A stretch of DNA of 64,000 bases from Sulfitobacter sp. Lineage in GTDB: Bacteria; Pseudomonadota; Alphaproteobacteria; Rhodobacterales; Rhodobacteraceae. Under the pieces are notes generated by a model. That model was given only the letters and a program-made list of their open reading frames with translations. It did not search any database and was not told the DNA's origin. Where the stretch lies: assembly GCA_013002405.1 (NCBI GenBank), contig JABDKA010000057.1, positions 516 to 64,515 of the forward strand, written 5' to 3'. How positions within the stretch are numbered: position 1 is the first letter of the stretch; the number at the start of each line of letters is the position of its first letter. The position numbers were made by a program, and so were the translations under genes. Below are positions 33,313 through 42,702 of this stretch, piece after piece.

Positions 33313-33340
33313 GTTATAGGGATGGGGCGGACAGGTGCAA
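33313..33340 (-). promoter_or_regulatory. Possible sigma70 promoter of carB
   Basis: TTGCAC-N16-TATAAC on the minus strand. Confidence 0.45.
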
Positions 33341-33350
33341 GGGTTGGATT

Positions 33351-33394
33351 GGGGCTCTGCCCCAAACCCCGGAGGTATTTTTGGTGATAAAGAG
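33351..33394 (+). repeat. Short intergenic repeat (GGGGC-N3/4-GCCCC family)
   Basis: GGGGCTCTGCCCC-AAA-CCCCGGAGGTATTTTTGGTGATAAAGAG. Confidence 0.55.
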
Positions 33395-33484
33395 GGGGCT
33401 GGTCAGTTTGCGGGGGCGATGTGCAGAGGCGCAATGTTCGTTTGGGAAGGATCTACGGTCTTTGGCGCCCTGCTAAAGACAAGG

Positions 33485-34786
33485 CTATTCGGCGGCCTCC
33501 ACAGGGTCTGTGAAGGCGTGCTTTTTGCCCCCCGCCCGTTTGCCTCGCGCCGCCGCAACCGGCCGTAGCCTTTCGATCGGCTTTCCCGCATCTGGGTAGA
33601 GATAGCCGCGCGTCAGTGGGACAGCGTCGCGTTTGTGGGCCAGCTGAAAGTGGTAGACGGCCTGCATCTGTTCTTCGAAGGCCACGATACAGGCGGTGAA
33701 ATAGTATTCGAACATCCGGATGAAGCGGGCGTCGTACTGTGCCTCGATCTCGGTTCGCTGGACGTTGAAGCGGCTGCGCCAGTGGCGCAGGGTCCGGGCA
33801 TAGTGCAGGCGCCAGATCTCAATGTCGGACTGCCAGAGGTTCGCCCTTTCCATCGGGGTGGCCAATTCTGAGAGCGAGGGCACATAGCCCCCCGGAAAGA
33901 TATACTTGTGGATCCAGGGGTCATGCGACATGGGCGGTGCACTGCGACCGATCGTGTGGATAAGCGCAATGCCGTCTTCGTGCAGCAGTTCGGAAAGCCG
34001 GTCGAAATAGGTGCCGTAGTTGGGCACGCCCACATGCTCCAGCATACCGACGCTGACGATTCGGTCGAACTTGCCCCGGGTGTGGCGGTAATCCTCAAGG
34101 CGAAAGTGCACGCGGTCCTCAAGCCCTGCTTCGCGCGCCCGGCGCTGGGCAGTGGCAAGCTGGTTTTGCGACAGGGTGATGCCTGTGACGCGCGCGCCGA
34201 AGTCGCGGGCCAGGGTCAGCGCCATGCCACCCCAGCCGCAGCCGATGTCGAGGACATGTATGCCCGGTTCAATCAGCAGCTTGGCCCCGATGTGGGCCTT
34301 CTTGGCGGCCTGCGCCTCTTCCAGGGTCATATCGGGATCGCTGAAATAGCCGCAGGAATATTGCATGTCCGTGTCCAGAAAGCGGGCGTAAAGATCGTCC
34401 GAGATGTCATAATGGTGGGCGACATTCGCGCGGGCGCGGTTTGGCGTGTTCTTCTGGACGAACTGGCGGATGTGGAAACGGGCTTTGTTCGTTGCCTCGT
34501 ACCAGGCAGGCAGGCGGCCTGCGTCCCGGTTGCGGGCCAGGATTTTGAGCGTCCGCTCCAACCCCGCGTCGGGGAAGGTGATACGCGCATCCATGTAGCC
34601 TTCGCCGGTGCCGAGGCTGGGGTTGAGACAGATAGCCCGCAGGATGGCATCATCGTGCAGACGCACGGTCGCCTCTTCACCGGTGTCGGGCCCATAGCTG
34701 TGACGGCTGCCATCGGCGAAATGTACGGTCAGGCGATCGCGCACCATCATGCCGGTCAGAAATTGGTCAAGCAGCTTGCGCCACAT
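33485..34786 (-). CDS. cfa: Cyclopropane-fatty-acyl-phospholipid synthase family methyltransferase
   Basis: HYDIS, QYSCGYF, LDIGCGWGG, VSVGMLEHVG, KYIFPGG. Confidence 0.9.
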   Translation of the reverse strand: MWRKLLDQFLTGMMVRDRLTVHFADGSRHSYGPDTGEEATVRLHDDAILRAICLNPSLGTGEGYMDARITFPDAGLERTLKILARNRDAGRLPAWYEATNKARFHIRQFVQKNTPNRARANVAHHYDISDDLYARFLDTDMQYSCGYFSDPDMTLEEAQAAKKAHIGAKLLIEPGIHVLDIGCGWGGMALTLARDFGARVTGITLSQNQLATAQRRAREAGLEDRVHFRLEDYRHTRGKFDRIVSVGMLEHVGVPNYGTYFDRLSELLHEDGIALIHTIGRSAPPMSHDPWIHKYIFPGGYVPSLSELATPMERANLWQSDIEIWRLHYARTLRHWRSRFNVQRTEIEAQYDARFIRMFEYYFTACIVAFEEQMQAVYHFQLAHKRDAVPLTRGYLYPDAGKPIERLRPVAAARGKRAGGKKHAFTDPVEAAE

Positions 34787-35135
34787 ACTCCTACTCCCTA
34801 GATGCCGCGCCACCGCCTCCAAGAATGGCACCTTGAAAAAGTGCTTATTTTTGGGCCATTTTAGGAGGTTACGTCAAGGGAAATGCCGTGGCGGAGGCCT
34901 GCAGGCATGATCCAGAGTGCCTGATAGGCGGGCTTTTGCGTATGGGTTGGGGATCAAGTCCGGGTGATTAGAGACCCGCCGCGCGCCGAAACCAGCCTTC
35001 CGGCCGGTTGAAAAGCTGGTTGTAGCGGCGAACGCTCAGCGCCCAGTCGAAGGCTTTTACATGGGCTCACGGGCTGCGGCAGAGGGCCTGTGATCGACCT
35101 CGGCTCAAACCCGCCCGATTGCCCAGGTGCCGTTT

Positions 35136-35903
35136 CTAGGCCGTTTCCAGAAACGCGCGGACCGCTGCCTCGAACTCGCGCGGTTTTTCGGCGTGGAGCC
35201 AGTGGCCCGCCCCCGGCAGCTTGGCAAAGCGGGCGGCGGGGAAGAGATTTTTGATATTGGCGCGGTGCTCCGGACGGACATAGTCCGAGACACCCCCCGA
35301 CAAGAAAAGCGTGGGACCATCGAAAGGACCGGTGAGTTCCTCTGGCCAGCCGATGATCCTGTGCATTTCGGCCTCAAGCGCGTCGAGATTCAGACGCCAA
35401 CGTTTGTTGGGGACATCAAGGGACTGGGTGAAAAAGCTTTGTAGTGCCCGATCGACCCCCGCCGCGGAAAGCTGGCTTTCGGCGTCCGAGCGGCGTGTGA
35501 GATTGGCAAGATCGACCTGGCGCATCGCCGCGATGAACCCGGCCTGGCTGTGGTCGTAGGTGACAGGGGCAATGTCGGCGACGGTGAGCCGGTTGATCAG
35601 GTCCGGCTCGGTCAGTGCAAGGGCCATGGCCGCCTTGCCACCCATGGAATGACCACAAAGGTCAACCGGCCCACCGATGTGGCGGATCAGCTCAGCCAGG
35701 TCTGCAGCCATGTCCGGATAGCCGTGGCTGTCTGACCTGGGGCTGCGACCGTGGTTGCGCATGTCCGGTGTGATGACCCGGCGGCTGTCCGAAAGACGCT
35801 TGGCGATGACCCCCCAGTTGCGCCCCGACCCGTAAAGGCCATGCACGATCAGAAGCGGGGGTCGGCCGGGCCGGGTCTCACCAAAGTCGATATAGTTGAG
35901 CAT
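35136..35903 (-). CDS. Alpha/beta hydrolase (YbfF-like esterase)
   Basis: HGLYGS.RNW, DMRNHG, GHSMGGK, GHWLHAEKP. Confidence 0.9.
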   Translation of the reverse strand: MLNYIDFGETRPGRPPLLIVHGLYGSGRNWGVIAKRLSDSRRVITPDMRNHGRSPRSDSHGYPDMAADLAELIRHIGGPVDLCGHSMGGKAAMALALTEPDLINRLTVADIAPVTYDHSQAGFIAAMRQVDLANLTRRSDAESQLSAAGVDRALQSFFTQSLDVPNKRWRLNLDALEAEMHRIIGWPEELTGPFDGPTLFLSGGVSDYVRPEHRANIKNLFPAARFAKLPGAGHWLHAEKPREFEAAVRAFLETA

Positions 35904-35958
35904 GGGGGCAGCTTTAGCGGGATTGCAGGCGGCCCGCCAGTAAGATTAGAAGGAGGCC

Positions 35959-36333
35959 ATGGTGCGTGGGGATGACCTTGATGCCCGGGCCGAAAGGCTA
36001 CGGGCGCTTTTTGAAGAAAAGTTCCGGCTCAAGAGCCGAACGCTTTCCCGTGCGCTGCGCAAGGCCGGACGGCGCTTGCCGCGCAGGCATCGGCGGCAGG
36101 TTGAGGCGCTACTAGAGGCACAGAGCCGGGCGAAACATCCCAAGCTCGCCGTGCAAATCGACGCCGCCTCCGTGATGAAGGGCTGTGATGAGGTGGCGGT
36201 CTATCTCAAGACGCTTGACCCGGAAAAGGCGCGGCGGGACCGGCTGCTGAACCTGGCTGCACTGATCGCCTTCTACCTGCTCGCCGTGATCATCGCCTTT
36301 GTCTATTTCCTCTGGTGGCGTGGCTACGTCTGA
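35959..36333 (+). CDS. Hypothetical protein with C-terminal membrane anchor
   Basis: Basic helical ORF ending in a hydrophobic helix; GGAGG upstream. Confidence 0.7.
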   Translation: MVRGDDLDARAERLRALFEEKFRLKSRTLSRALRKAGRRLPRRHRRQVEALLEAQSRAKHPKLAVQIDAASVMKGCDEVAVYLKTLDPEKARRDRLLNLAALIAFYLLAVIIAFVYFLWWRGYV

Positions 36334-36731
36334 TCCGTTCCCCCGTACTGCTCATCCGTAACCGGATCTTCCCAATAGGCGGTGGTACCATCCTTGGCCT
36401 CCTGCAGCGCGATGTGGGTCATGGCGCATTCCGGGGCGGCACCGTGCCAGTGCCGCTCTCCTGGGTCGAACCAGACAACGTCACCGGACCGGACCTCCTT
36501 GACCGGGCCGCCTTCGGTCTGGATGCGTCCGGCACCCGAAGTGATGATCAGCGTCTGACCGTAGGGATGGGTGTGCCAATTGGTGCGCGCCCCTGGTTCA
36601 AAAGTGACTTGAATGGCGCGCAGCCGTGCCGGTTCGGGGGAGGCGATCAGGGGATCCATGCGCACGATGCCTGTAAAATAGGCTGAATCCGGCTTGGTGG
36701 AGGGGCGTGAGCCCGCGGGGTGGACGATCAT
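36324..36731 (-). CDS. Cupin domain protein
   Basis: FEPGARTNWHTHP.GQ, HWHGA, MTHIA. Confidence 0.9.
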   Translation of the reverse strand: MIVHPAGSRPSTKPDSAYFTGIVRMDPLIASPEPARLRAIQVTFEPGARTNWHTHPYGQTLIITSGAGRIQTEGGPVKEVRSGDVVWFDPGERHWHGAAPECAMTHIALQEAKDGTTAYWEDPVTDEQYGGTDQT

Positions 36732-36807
36732 TGCTGTGCTCCGGGTCAATGGGGTTGAATTCCGGACCCACGATACGACCTTTCAAGCAGATCAAAAGGA
36801 GAAAGAG

Positions 36808-37584
36808 ATGAGCAAGGTAGCGTTGGTGACCGGCGCCTCTTCTGGCATCGGCAAAGAGTTCGCCCGCTATCATGCGGAAAAGGGCGGAGACGTCGTCCTG
36901 ACAGCGCGCCGCGAGGAGACGCTCAAAGAGATCAAGGCCGAGCTTGAAAAGGAACACGGGATATCGGCCCATGTCTTTGCGTGCGATCTGGGCAAGGCGG
37001 GTGCCGCTGGGGAGCTATATGGGCGAATCAAGAAGGCCGGTCTGGATGTTGATATTCTGATCAACAACGCAGGCTTTGGGGGGCAAGGCAAGCATATCGA
37101 TCGTGCGCTGGAGGATGAGCTCGACATGATCGACCTCAACGTGAAGGCCCTTGTCTCCCTGACCCAACAGGTTGCGCAAGAGATGGTGGAACGGGGCAGC
37201 GGAAAGATACTCAACGTAGGCTCCACCGCCGGTTTCATGCCTGGCCCGAACCAGGCGGTCTATTTTGCGACAAAGGCTTTCGTGAAGTCCTTCTCGGAAG
37301 CGCTCGCGCAGGAAATGCAGGGCACAGGCGTGACGGTAACGCTTCTGGCACCGGGCTACGTCGAAACAGAGTTCGCGGAGCGCAGTGGGTTGACGGGTAC
37401 CAAGCTTGTGTCGGGCGGGGGTGCGACACCCCGGTCCGTCGCCAAGCACGGTTATGACGCCATGCGGCGCGGCGAAATCGTGACGGTGAATGAAAAGATG
37501 CTGGGTTTCGCGGTGAACTGGGTGATCCCGCTGCTGCCACGCAGGTCGGTCCTGAAGATGGTCGAGCGGATGCAGGCGAAATGA
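36808..37584 (+). CDS. Short-chain dehydrogenase/reductase
   Basis: TGASSGIG, NNAGFG, YFATK. Confidence 0.92.
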   Translation: MSKVALVTGASSGIGKEFARYHAEKGGDVVLTARREETLKEIKAELEKEHGISAHVFACDLGKAGAAGELYGRIKKAGLDVDILINNAGFGGQGKHIDRALEDELDMIDLNVKALVSLTQQVAQEMVERGSGKILNVGSTAGFMPGPNQAVYFATKAFVKSFSEALAQEMQGTGVTVTLLAPGYVETEFAERSGLTGTKLVSGGGATPRSVAKHGYDAMRRGEIVTVNEKMLGFAVNWVIPLLPRRSVLKMVERMQAK

Positions 37585-37612
37585 CTGCAAAGTAGGGCGA
37601 AGACGACCGGGT

Positions 37613-37665
37613 GGTCACGGGGTCGGCTGCGCAGATGCGTCGGGGCATGGCACCGCCCCGTGACC
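37613..37665. terminator. Inverted repeat between convergent SDR and GYD genes
   Basis: GGTCACGGGG ... CCCCGTGACC perfect 10-bp arms; long loop, no clear T-tail. Confidence 0.35.
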
Positions 37666-37684
37666 GACTGGTTAAGACAAGGGA

Positions 37685-38017
37685 TCAGGTGGGAGGTGCG
37701 TAAGACCCCTTGACCCGCTTGTAGACGTCCCGCGCTTTGTGCATCTCTTCGTTGCTGTACATCGGGACCGTCTTGAAGCTTTCGATCGCGCCGCCCATCG
37801 TGGCCACCAGAACGGTGCCCACGTACTCTGAAACGCTGGGCATATCGGCGATCATCGCGATATGGTGCTCTTGGCCAATCAGCCCATAAAATCCGAGCAT
37901 CTTACCGCCCGCAGCCTCGCAAACCGCACGCGCCACTTCCTCGCGGTCGGTGTCACCCTCCACAATGGAGGCAACGGCCGCAGGTGTATATCTCATCATA
38001 AACATGTAGATCGCCAT
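37685..38017 (-). CDS. GYD domain-containing protein
   Basis: Y.F..RYT, DR.E.A..V.EAAGGK...Y..IG.; ATG at 38017. Confidence 0.75.
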   Translation of the reverse strand: MAIYMFMMRYTPAAVASIVEGDTDREEVARAVCEAAGGKMLGFYGLIGQEHHIAMIADMPSVSEYVGTVLVATMGGAIESFKTVPMYSNEEMHKARDVYKRVKGSYAPPT

Positions 38018-38353
38018 AACGTACTTTCCTTTCAAAAATGCCCGCGATTGTCGCGGGCTTCCGCTGCTGGAAAGCGTCTTGCCATGGCGTTCGATACCAC
38101 AATCGGGCCGAAATTTCACCTTTGGCCGGTTCGGGCACGGGTGTTGGGCACCGGGCAAGAAGATTGTTTAGGCCAATTGACCGACTGAACACGTGGTAAT
38201 TGACCTTCCAATTCCGGGGGAAGGCCAATTCACACCTGATGATCATTTTGTTTGTTACGTCGGGCGGGTCGTGAGGCTTCTCGCAAGAGCCCGGGCGCTG
38301 ATGTTGAACCACCGCTGACCACCGGGGGCTGGACAGGGCCGGTCTCCTGAATG

Positions 38354-38386
38354 GTGAACTGGCCGATTGGAAAAGGGCCAGCTCAC
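38354..38386 (-). terminator. Hairpin downstream of glyA
   Basis: Minus-strand GUGAGCUGGCC / GGCCAGUUCAC 11-bp stem with one G-U pair. Confidence 0.5.
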
Positions 38387-38396
38387 CTCACTGTCT

Positions 38397-39674
38397 TCAG
38401 AGATCGGGATAAAGCGGGAACCGCTTGCAAAGTGCCTCGACCTCGGCCTTCACCTTGGCCTCGACCGCACCGTTGCCCTCTTCGCCGTTCGCGGCCAGTC
38501 CATCGACGACTTCAATGATCCAGTCGGCGATTTGGCGGAACTCGGCTTCACCGAAGCCGCGGGTTGTACCCGCAGGCGATCCCAGCCGGATGCCGGATGT
38601 GACCATGGGTTTTTCGGGGTCGAAGGGTACACCGTTCTTGTTGCAGGTGATGTGGGCGCGGCCGAGGGCCTTCTCGGTCGCGTTGCCTTTCACGCCTTTG
38701 GGGCGCAGGTCCACCAGCACCACATGGGTGTCGGTCCCGTGGGTAACCGTATCCAGCCCGCCCTTGATCAGCTGATCGGACAGGGCCTGGGCGTTGGTGA
38801 TCACCTGTTTGGAGTATGCCTTGAACTCGGGCTGGAGGGCCTCACCGAAAGCCACCGCCTTGGCAGCGATGACGTGCATCAGCGGCCCGCCCTGGATGCC
38901 GGGGAAGATGGCGGAGTTGAATTTTTTCGCTAACGCCTCGTCATCGGTCAGGATCATGCCGCCGCGGGGACCGCGCAGAGTCTTGTGGGTCGTGGTGGTG
39001 GCGACATGGGCGTGGGGGAAGGGCGAGGGGTGTTCGCCTGCCGCCACGAGGCCCGCAAAGTGGGCCATATCGACGTGCAGGTAGGCACCGACCATATCCG
39101 CGATCTCGCGCATGCGCTTGAAGTCGATCTGACGCGGGACGGCGGAACCACCGGCGATGATCAGCTTGGGCTCGTGCTCCTTCGCCAGCGCCTCGACCTG
39201 ATCGTAGTCCAGCAGATTGTCCTCTTTGCGCACACCGTACTGAATAGCGTTAAACCACTTGCCCGATTGGTTGGGCTTGGCCCCGTGGGTCAGGTGCCCG
39301 CCCGCGTCGAGGGACATGCCGAGGATCGTATCGCCCGGCTGCAGCAGGGCGGTAAATACACCCTGGTTCGCCTGAGAGCCGGAATTTGGCTGCACATTCG
39401 CAAATTCGCAACCGAACAGTCTGCAGGCGCGTTCAATGGCAAGGTTCTCGGCCACATCGACCCATTCGCACCCGCCGTAGTACCGGCGGCCCGGATAGCC
39501 TTCCGCATACTTGTTGGTCATCACCGAGCCTTGCGCCTCGAGCACGGCGCGGGAGACGATATTTTCGGAGGCGATAAGCTCAATCTCATCGCGCTGGCGG
39601 CCCAGCTCGCTCTCGATGGCCTTGAAGATTTCCGGGTCGGTCTCGGCAAGATGCGTGGTGAAGAAGTCTTTCAT
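38397..39674 (-). CDS. glyA: Serine hydroxymethyltransferase
   Basis: [33 protein letters not shown]; SD GAGGA before ATG 39674. Confidence 0.98.
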   Translation of the reverse strand: MKDFFTTHLAETDPEIFKAIESELGRQRDEIELIASENIVSRAVLEAQGSVMTNKYAEGYPGRRYYGGCEWVDVAENLAIERACRLFGCEFANVQPNSGSQANQGVFTALLQPGDTILGMSLDAGGHLTHGAKPNQSGKWFNAIQYGVRKEDNLLDYDQVEALAKEHEPKLIIAGGSAVPRQIDFKRMREIADMVGAYLHVDMAHFAGLVAAGEHPSPFPHAHVATTTTHKTLRGPRGGMILTDDEALAKKFNSAIFPGIQGGPLMHVIAAKAVAFGEALQPEFKAYSKQVITNAQALSDQLIKGGLDTVTHGTDTHVVLVDLRPKGVKGNATEKALGRAHITCNKNGVPFDPEKPMVTSGIRLGSPAGTTRGFGEAEFRQIADWIIEVVDGLAANGEEGNGAVEAKVKAEVEALCKRFPLYPDL

Positions 39675-39842
39675 GGGATGATTCCTCGTCAACGGGATTT
39701 GCGGTTACATAAAGGAAACCACGTCTGGCGGTAAGGCGCGAAAACGACGCAAGCAAAGATATGTGCGTCCCACGCTGGTGCGAATGGGCTTTCTGTGGTT
39801 GGTTTGGGGAAATTCCCGTCCCATAGGAAACATGCCGGACCT

Positions 39843-40604
39843 ATGCCGCTCAAGATCGCCTTTACCGCCAGCCGGGCCACCGTCGCCCAGACCGCGCGTG
39901 CGGCCCTGATCGGGCGGTACGGTGACGTGCCAATGGAAGAGGCGGACGTGATCGTGGCCCTGGGTGGCGATGGTTTCATGCTCCAGACCCTGCATGATAC
40001 CCAGGAACTGGCCGCGCCGGTCTACGGCATGAACCGGGGCACCATCGGATTTTTGATGAACGCCTACGGGGAAAGCGATCTGGTGGAACGGCTGGAGGCG
40101 GCGGAGCGGGCTGTGATCAACCCGTTGATCATGCGTGCCACGCACGTGAATGGGACGGTGTCCGAGGCCTTGGCGATCAATGAGGTCTCCTTGCTGCGCG
40201 CGGGACCCCAGGCGGCCAAGCTGCAGATAACCGTGGACGGACGGCTGCGCATGCAGGAACTGGTCTGCGACGGAGCGCTCTTGGCAACGCCCGCGGGCTC
40301 CACCGCCTACAACTATTCCGCCCATGGGCCGATCCTGCCCATCGGGGCCGAGGTGCTGGCGCTTACCGCGATGGCGGCCTTCCGGCCCCGGCGCTGGCGC
40401 GGGGCGCTTTTGCCGATCACCGCCAAGGTGCGCTTTGATGTGCTGGAGCAGGACAAGCGGCCCGTGATGGCGGACGCCGATGGAACCAGCTACCGCGACG
40501 TTGTGTCAGTAGAGATCGAGTCAGAGCCGAGCGTGGAGCACACGATCCTTTTCGATCCGGGTCACGGGCTGGAAGAGCGGCTGATTTCGGAGCAATTCAA
40601 CTGA
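39843..40604 (+). CDS. nadK: NAD kinase
   Basis: [27 protein letters not shown]. Confidence 0.95.
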   Translation: MPLKIAFTASRATVAQTARAALIGRYGDVPMEEADVIVALGGDGFMLQTLHDTQELAAPVYGMNRGTIGFLMNAYGESDLVERLEAAERAVINPLIMRATHVNGTVSEALAINEVSLLRAGPQAAKLQITVDGRLRMQELVCDGALLATPAGSTAYNYSAHGPILPIGAEVLALTAMAAFRPRRWRGALLPITAKVRFDVLEQDKRPVMADADGTSYRDVVSVEIESEPSVEHTILFDPGHGLEERLISEQFN

Positions 40605-40632
40605 ATGCGACGTCGCCGTCGCTCAAACCATA

Positions 40633-40706
40633 GCCCCGGACCTGCTCCGGGGTGTTTCCTGTGGTGGATAGCGCCCAGCCAGGAGGTCCCGGATCCGGTC
40701 CGGGAC
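40633..40706. repeat. Double-hairpin palindromic intergenic element (CCGGATCAAGTCCGG-like family)
   Basis: GCCCCGGACCTGCTCCGGGGT ... GAGGTCCCGGATCCGGTCCGGGAC between convergent genes. Confidence 0.65.
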
Positions 40707-40730
40707 TGCGGGGTTAAGGTGCCATCCGGA

Positions 40731-41288
40731 TCAGCTCTCTGGCGCCATATAGCGAAGCGCGATCTGCGCCGCACTTGCCGCATCCAGCACCGGTGGGATC
40801 AGGGTCAGCACATCACCCGAACCGTCCAACAGATAGATGAGCGATCCATGGGTGAAGACGGGGCCGTACTTCGGATCCTCGTAGGCCAGCGCATGGTCGA
40901 CCGAAAAGGCGGCGTAGGCGGTGGCCAGGGCTTCCTTGGAACCAGTCAGGCCAATGAAAGCGGGATGGTGCTCAGCTAGCGGCGCCTGCATCGTCCCCAC
41001 CCGGTCCCTTTCGGGATCGACCGTGATCATCACCGGGCGCAGGTCATGCCCCGCTTCCGCCACCAGATCGGTGACATCGGCCATCAGTGGCAAGGCGGCG
41101 CTGCAGATGCCGGGACAGTTGGCATAGCCGAAGAAAAGCAACTGCGGCTGCCCATCGGGGTCTGCTTCGGTTCGCATCTCACCGTTCTGGTCGGTCAGGG
41201 CAAAGGGCCCGCCCACGTCAAAGGGTAGGGGCGACTGAGCCAGCAACGGCCCGGCCAGCAGACCGAGGATCAGGGTGAGGCGCTTCAT
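40731..41288 (-). CDS. SCO1/SenC family copper chaperone
   Basis: GGPFALTDQNG, FFGYANCPGIC (CxxxC), ITVDPERD, THGS. Confidence 0.92.
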   Translation of the reverse strand: MKRLTLILGLLAGPLLAQSPLPFDVGGPFALTDQNGEMRTEADPDGQPQLLFFGYANCPGICSAALPLMADVTDLVAEAGHDLRPVMITVDPERDRVGTMQAPLAEHHPAFIGLTGSKEALATAYAAFSVDHALAYEDPKYGPVFTHGSLIYLLDGSGDVLTLIPPVLDAASAAQIALRYMAPES

Positions 41289-41851
41289 TCGAAGAGATAC
41301 TCTTTGAATTCACGGTCGATCTCCAAGCCAAGGCCGAGATAGCCGTGTTTCTCGATCTCTGCGAGGATGCGCGGATCGCGGCGGAACCAGGGGCCTTTGC
41401 CCTTGGCATTGGGGTTCTCCCTGGCCCAGACCTTGGTGAACTGGCTGGCCTTGCTCCAGTCGCCACCATCCGTCTTGACCCGTTGGACCAGATAGATGTT
41501 GCGCGCTCCGATCTCGGGATCGTCGATCATCAGACCGTCCACTGTCACGCTCAGCCCGCAGTAAGGCAGCAGGTCTACAACCGCGCCGGTGAAGGCGGGT
41601 TGATTGTTCTTGGTGGCCATGACCAGCACACCGTCTGCGGCCCGCAACAGACCAAGCTGACGCTCGCCTCCCCCGCAATTCTCAGGGCAATCGCCCGTGA
41701 GTTCACACATCACGTCGACGACACGGGCTTCGAATGTCGCGGGCACCTCGGCATAGAGGTTCCAGGATCGGGCCTCTGACCCTTCCGAGAAATCCTGCGC
41801 GGCCAGGGGGGCGGCAATAAGGGCGATGGCGGTTGCGAGACGGGAAATCAT
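41285..41851 (-). CDS. Exported hypothetical protein with D-x-x-C and CxxxC motifs
   Basis: Signal peptide; VVDVMC..GDCPENCGGG..QLGLL..DG; overlaps both neighbours by 4 nt. Confidence 0.85.
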   Translation of the reverse strand: MISRLATAIALIAAPLAAQDFSEGSEARSWNLYAEVPATFEARVVDVMCELTGDCPENCGGGERQLGLLRAADGVLVMATKNNQPAFTGAVVDLLPYCGLSVTVDGLMIDDPEIGARNIYLVQRVKTDGGDWSKASQFTKVWARENPNAKGKGPWFRRDPRILAEIEKHGYLGLGLEIDREFKEYLFE

Positions 41852-42294
41852 TCCTTCGGCTCCGGGATCGCGAAGGAGGGGACTACATCATAATCCTCGT
41901 GGCTGAGATTGGTAATCCCCATGTCACTGACCACCCTCTCAACAACGATGTAATTGATCCCGTCACGGGCGTAGAACATACCCTCCGCCGTCACAGTGTG
42001 CGAGGCGAGCGTGAGTGCCGTATCCCCGCCAGTGGCATTGTCCTGCGGACCCAGATTGAGCACCGTGTAGACCGTGCCATCTTCGGTCAGAAGCCCGATT
42101 GGGATACCGCTGGCTGAACACCAGAGCGCGCAGGTGTGATGGGCCGATCCCACGACCGCATCGGGCCCCCCCATGACGCCAGAGTAATAACACCAGGTGT
42201 CGATGATCTCTCCGGTCACGGTGATCCGCTCCCCTTCGCTGGCCCAGGCGGGCAGCGCTGTCAGGGCCGCGAGTGTTGCCAATAGTCGTTTCAT
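41848..42294 (-). CDS. Exported hypothetical protein with D-x-x-C and HHxCxxxC motifs
   Basis: Signal peptide; GEIIDTWCY..AHHTCALWCSASGIPIGLL.EDG; GGAGG SD. Confidence 0.85.
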   Translation of the reverse strand: MKRLLATLAALTALPAWASEGERITVTGEIIDTWCYYSGVMGGPDAVVGSAHHTCALWCSASGIPIGLLTEDGTVYTVLNLGPQDNATGGDTALTLASHTVTAEGMFYARDGINYIVVERVVSDMGITNLSHEDYDVVPSFAIPEPKE

Positions 42295-42333
42295 GGGTTC
42301 GCACCTCCAATCAGGCTCGGGAGAAGCCTAGGG

Positions 42334-42354
42334 TTGCCGCTTAGGTTGCGGCAA
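42334..42354. promoter_or_regulatory. Perfect dyad, candidate operator of the SCO operon
   Basis: TTGCCGC-N7-GCGGCAA overlapping a minus-strand TTGCCG-N18-TAGGCT. Confidence 0.4.
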
Positions 42355-42385
42355 ATCACTTTTCCGGGTGGGAGCAGATTTTTGC

Positions 42386-42410
42386 GGAACTTCTGACCGA
42401 CACGACCGTT
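42386..42410 (+). promoter_or_regulatory. EcfG (general stress response sigma) promoter
   Basis: GGAAC-N16-CGTT upstream of the csbD-like gene. Confidence 0.7.
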
Positions 42411-42475
42411 TAGCCGGTGACAGAGTGTCGTGCCTCCTGCGCGACGCGAGGAACGCAAACACAAGGAGTTCGAAA

Positions 42476-42676
42476 ATGAATTGGGACAAGATCAAGGGCA
42501 ACTGGAATCAGCTTACCGGTGACGTGAAGCAAAAGTGGGGTGAACTGACCGACGATGACGTTCAGCAGGCCGAAGGCAACCGTGATGAACTGGTCGGCAA
42601 GATTCAGGAACGCTATGGGATCGCCAAGGACAAGGCGGAAAAACAGGTGGACGAGTTTTTCGCCAATCACGGCTGA
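42476..42676 (+). CDS. CsbD family stress protein
   Basis: NWDKIKGNWNQL.G..KQKWGELTDDD. Confidence 0.92.
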   Translation: MNWDKIKGNWNQLTGDVKQKWGELTDDDVQQAEGNRDELVGKIQERYGIAKDKAEKQVDEFFANHG

Positions 42677-42702
42677 CTCTATCCAATCAATGCTGAATAT
42701 GG

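Noticed and set aside
36782-36795. FNR-like TTCAA-N4-ATCAA before the SDR gene
   Set aside because: Two mismatches in one half-site and too close to the SD
38198-38230. Dyad read as a CueR promoter
   Set aside because: Spacer is N9 not N7 and there is no -10 at 19 bp; kept only as an unassigned dyad
39675-39842. Glycine or ZTP riboswitch before glyA
   Set aside because: No recognisable aptamer motifs; short divergent promoter region
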